From IMG/VR virus record IMGVR_UViG_3300015370_000032, positions 1 through 35,020 of that record: DNA of 35,020 nt; one strand, given 5' to 3'. This DNA comes from a virus (Duplodnaviria > Caudoviricetes). This document shows positions 34,392-35,020 of this stretch, piece by piece. The notes beneath the pieces are model-generated. The model did no database searches and was not told the DNA's origin. It saw only the letters and a program-made list of their open reading frames with translations. The translations under genes were made by a program, and so were the position numbers. How positions within the stretch are numbered: the stretch's first letter is position 1; each line of letters begins with the position of its first letter.

Positions 34392-34434
34392 AAGGGAAAT
34401 CAGGCTATTATGCTTGGTTTCCCTTTTTCTTTTT
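34392..34434 (+). terminator. Rho-independent terminator (likely the original tRNA terminator)
   Basis: AAGGGAAATCAGGC-TATTAT-GCTTGGTTTCCCTT followed by a T-rich tract. Confidence 0.8.
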
Positions 34435-34547
34435 GTGCTGTTGAGTGTGTTTTTGTGGCTAATAACGGCAAGTTGAAATCGGCCCGACAGGGTGTGGCAA
34501 CATACTTCTTCTCTGCCTGTCATCGTTTTCCCCGGACTGTTTCCGAC

Positions 34548-35018
34548 TCACTCCATGTTTATCTGGGAATATCCCTTGGTCTGATAGCCAATCATTGAAA
34601 CGTACCCATTGTTGACAGGTTCGAGTTCCGGAAGGAAATCTTGCGGGTCAATTTCATAAATTTCAGCGGAAAGCATGCACTGTTCCATGATTATGCCCCG
34701 TTTCTTAAAGAGCCGGATCCATTCATGGACTTTTTTCTTGGCAGCGATTTCATCATCGTCAAAGACATAATCTTCGTCCCCTTTTGTGACAAAGTTGCTT
34801 GCCGCGCTTCGAAATCCGACGATGAATTCCGGCTTGATGCCGGATTGTACGAGTTGTTCATGGGTTTTATCGATAAACAGAAGTTTTGATTTCAGTTTTG
34901 CCGGAACTCCGGTGTTGACATCAAAATAGGCCTTTACGGTGGAAAGACCACTTAGAGCCCGGGTATTCTTGTATTCTTCCGTCGAGGCCATCCCGGAGAA
35001 AAAAAGAACAAGGAATCC
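34548..35018 (-). CDS. Host DsrE-family protein (N-terminus probably beyond window)
   Basis: KAYFDV, EQC..SA, FLPE...V.NGYVS.IGYQ.KGY; frame stays open and hydrophobic upstream of Met 34991. Confidence 0.75.
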   Translation of the reverse strand, partial: GFLVLFFSGMASTEEYKNTRALSGLSTVKAYFDVNTGVPAKLKSKLLFIDKTHEQLVQSGIKPEFIVGFRSAASNFVTKGDEDYVFDDDEIAAKKKVHEWIRLFKKRGIIMEQCMLSAEIYEIDPQDFLPELEPVNNGYVSMIGYQTKGYSQINME

Positions 35019-35020
35019 CA

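Overview
Positions 1-34380 are the right-hand ~34 kb of a temperate, lambda-like siphoviral prophage integrated at a tRNA-Glu(CTC) gene. The duplicated 3' half of the tRNA (att core, 34336-34380) follows the integrase. The last ~640 bp are host chromosome: a tRNA-type terminator and a DsrE-like gene; the gene families suggest a Desulfobacterota host (inference). On the minus strand, right to left: Cro/Xis and small early genes, a lambda-type cosQ/cosN-like site, D5 helicase, an iteron-bearing origin, primase, a ParB-N + adenine-MTase/GNAT-like pair, a DUF6908-hypothetical-large ParB cassette, DUF488, small terminase, six accessory genes (RHH-like, hypothetical, HNH, Gp37/Gp68, Zn-finger, ASCH), large terminase, an Ogr-like activator, head genes (W, portal, S49 protease/scaffold, D, E), neck, tail tube, frameshifted tail chaperones, tape measure and distal tail genes. 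The plus strand carries the repressor, HsdR-N and lipoprotein morons, integrase, and YegP and DUF6680 morons. The most novel-looking signal is the 19336-19600 gap: two tandem antisense small-RNA units, each with a sigma70-like promoter and intrinsic terminator, one carrying a 14-nt complement to the Shine-Dalgarno of the adjacent large ParB gene. All family assignments are by eye from motifs and synteny; no searches were run.
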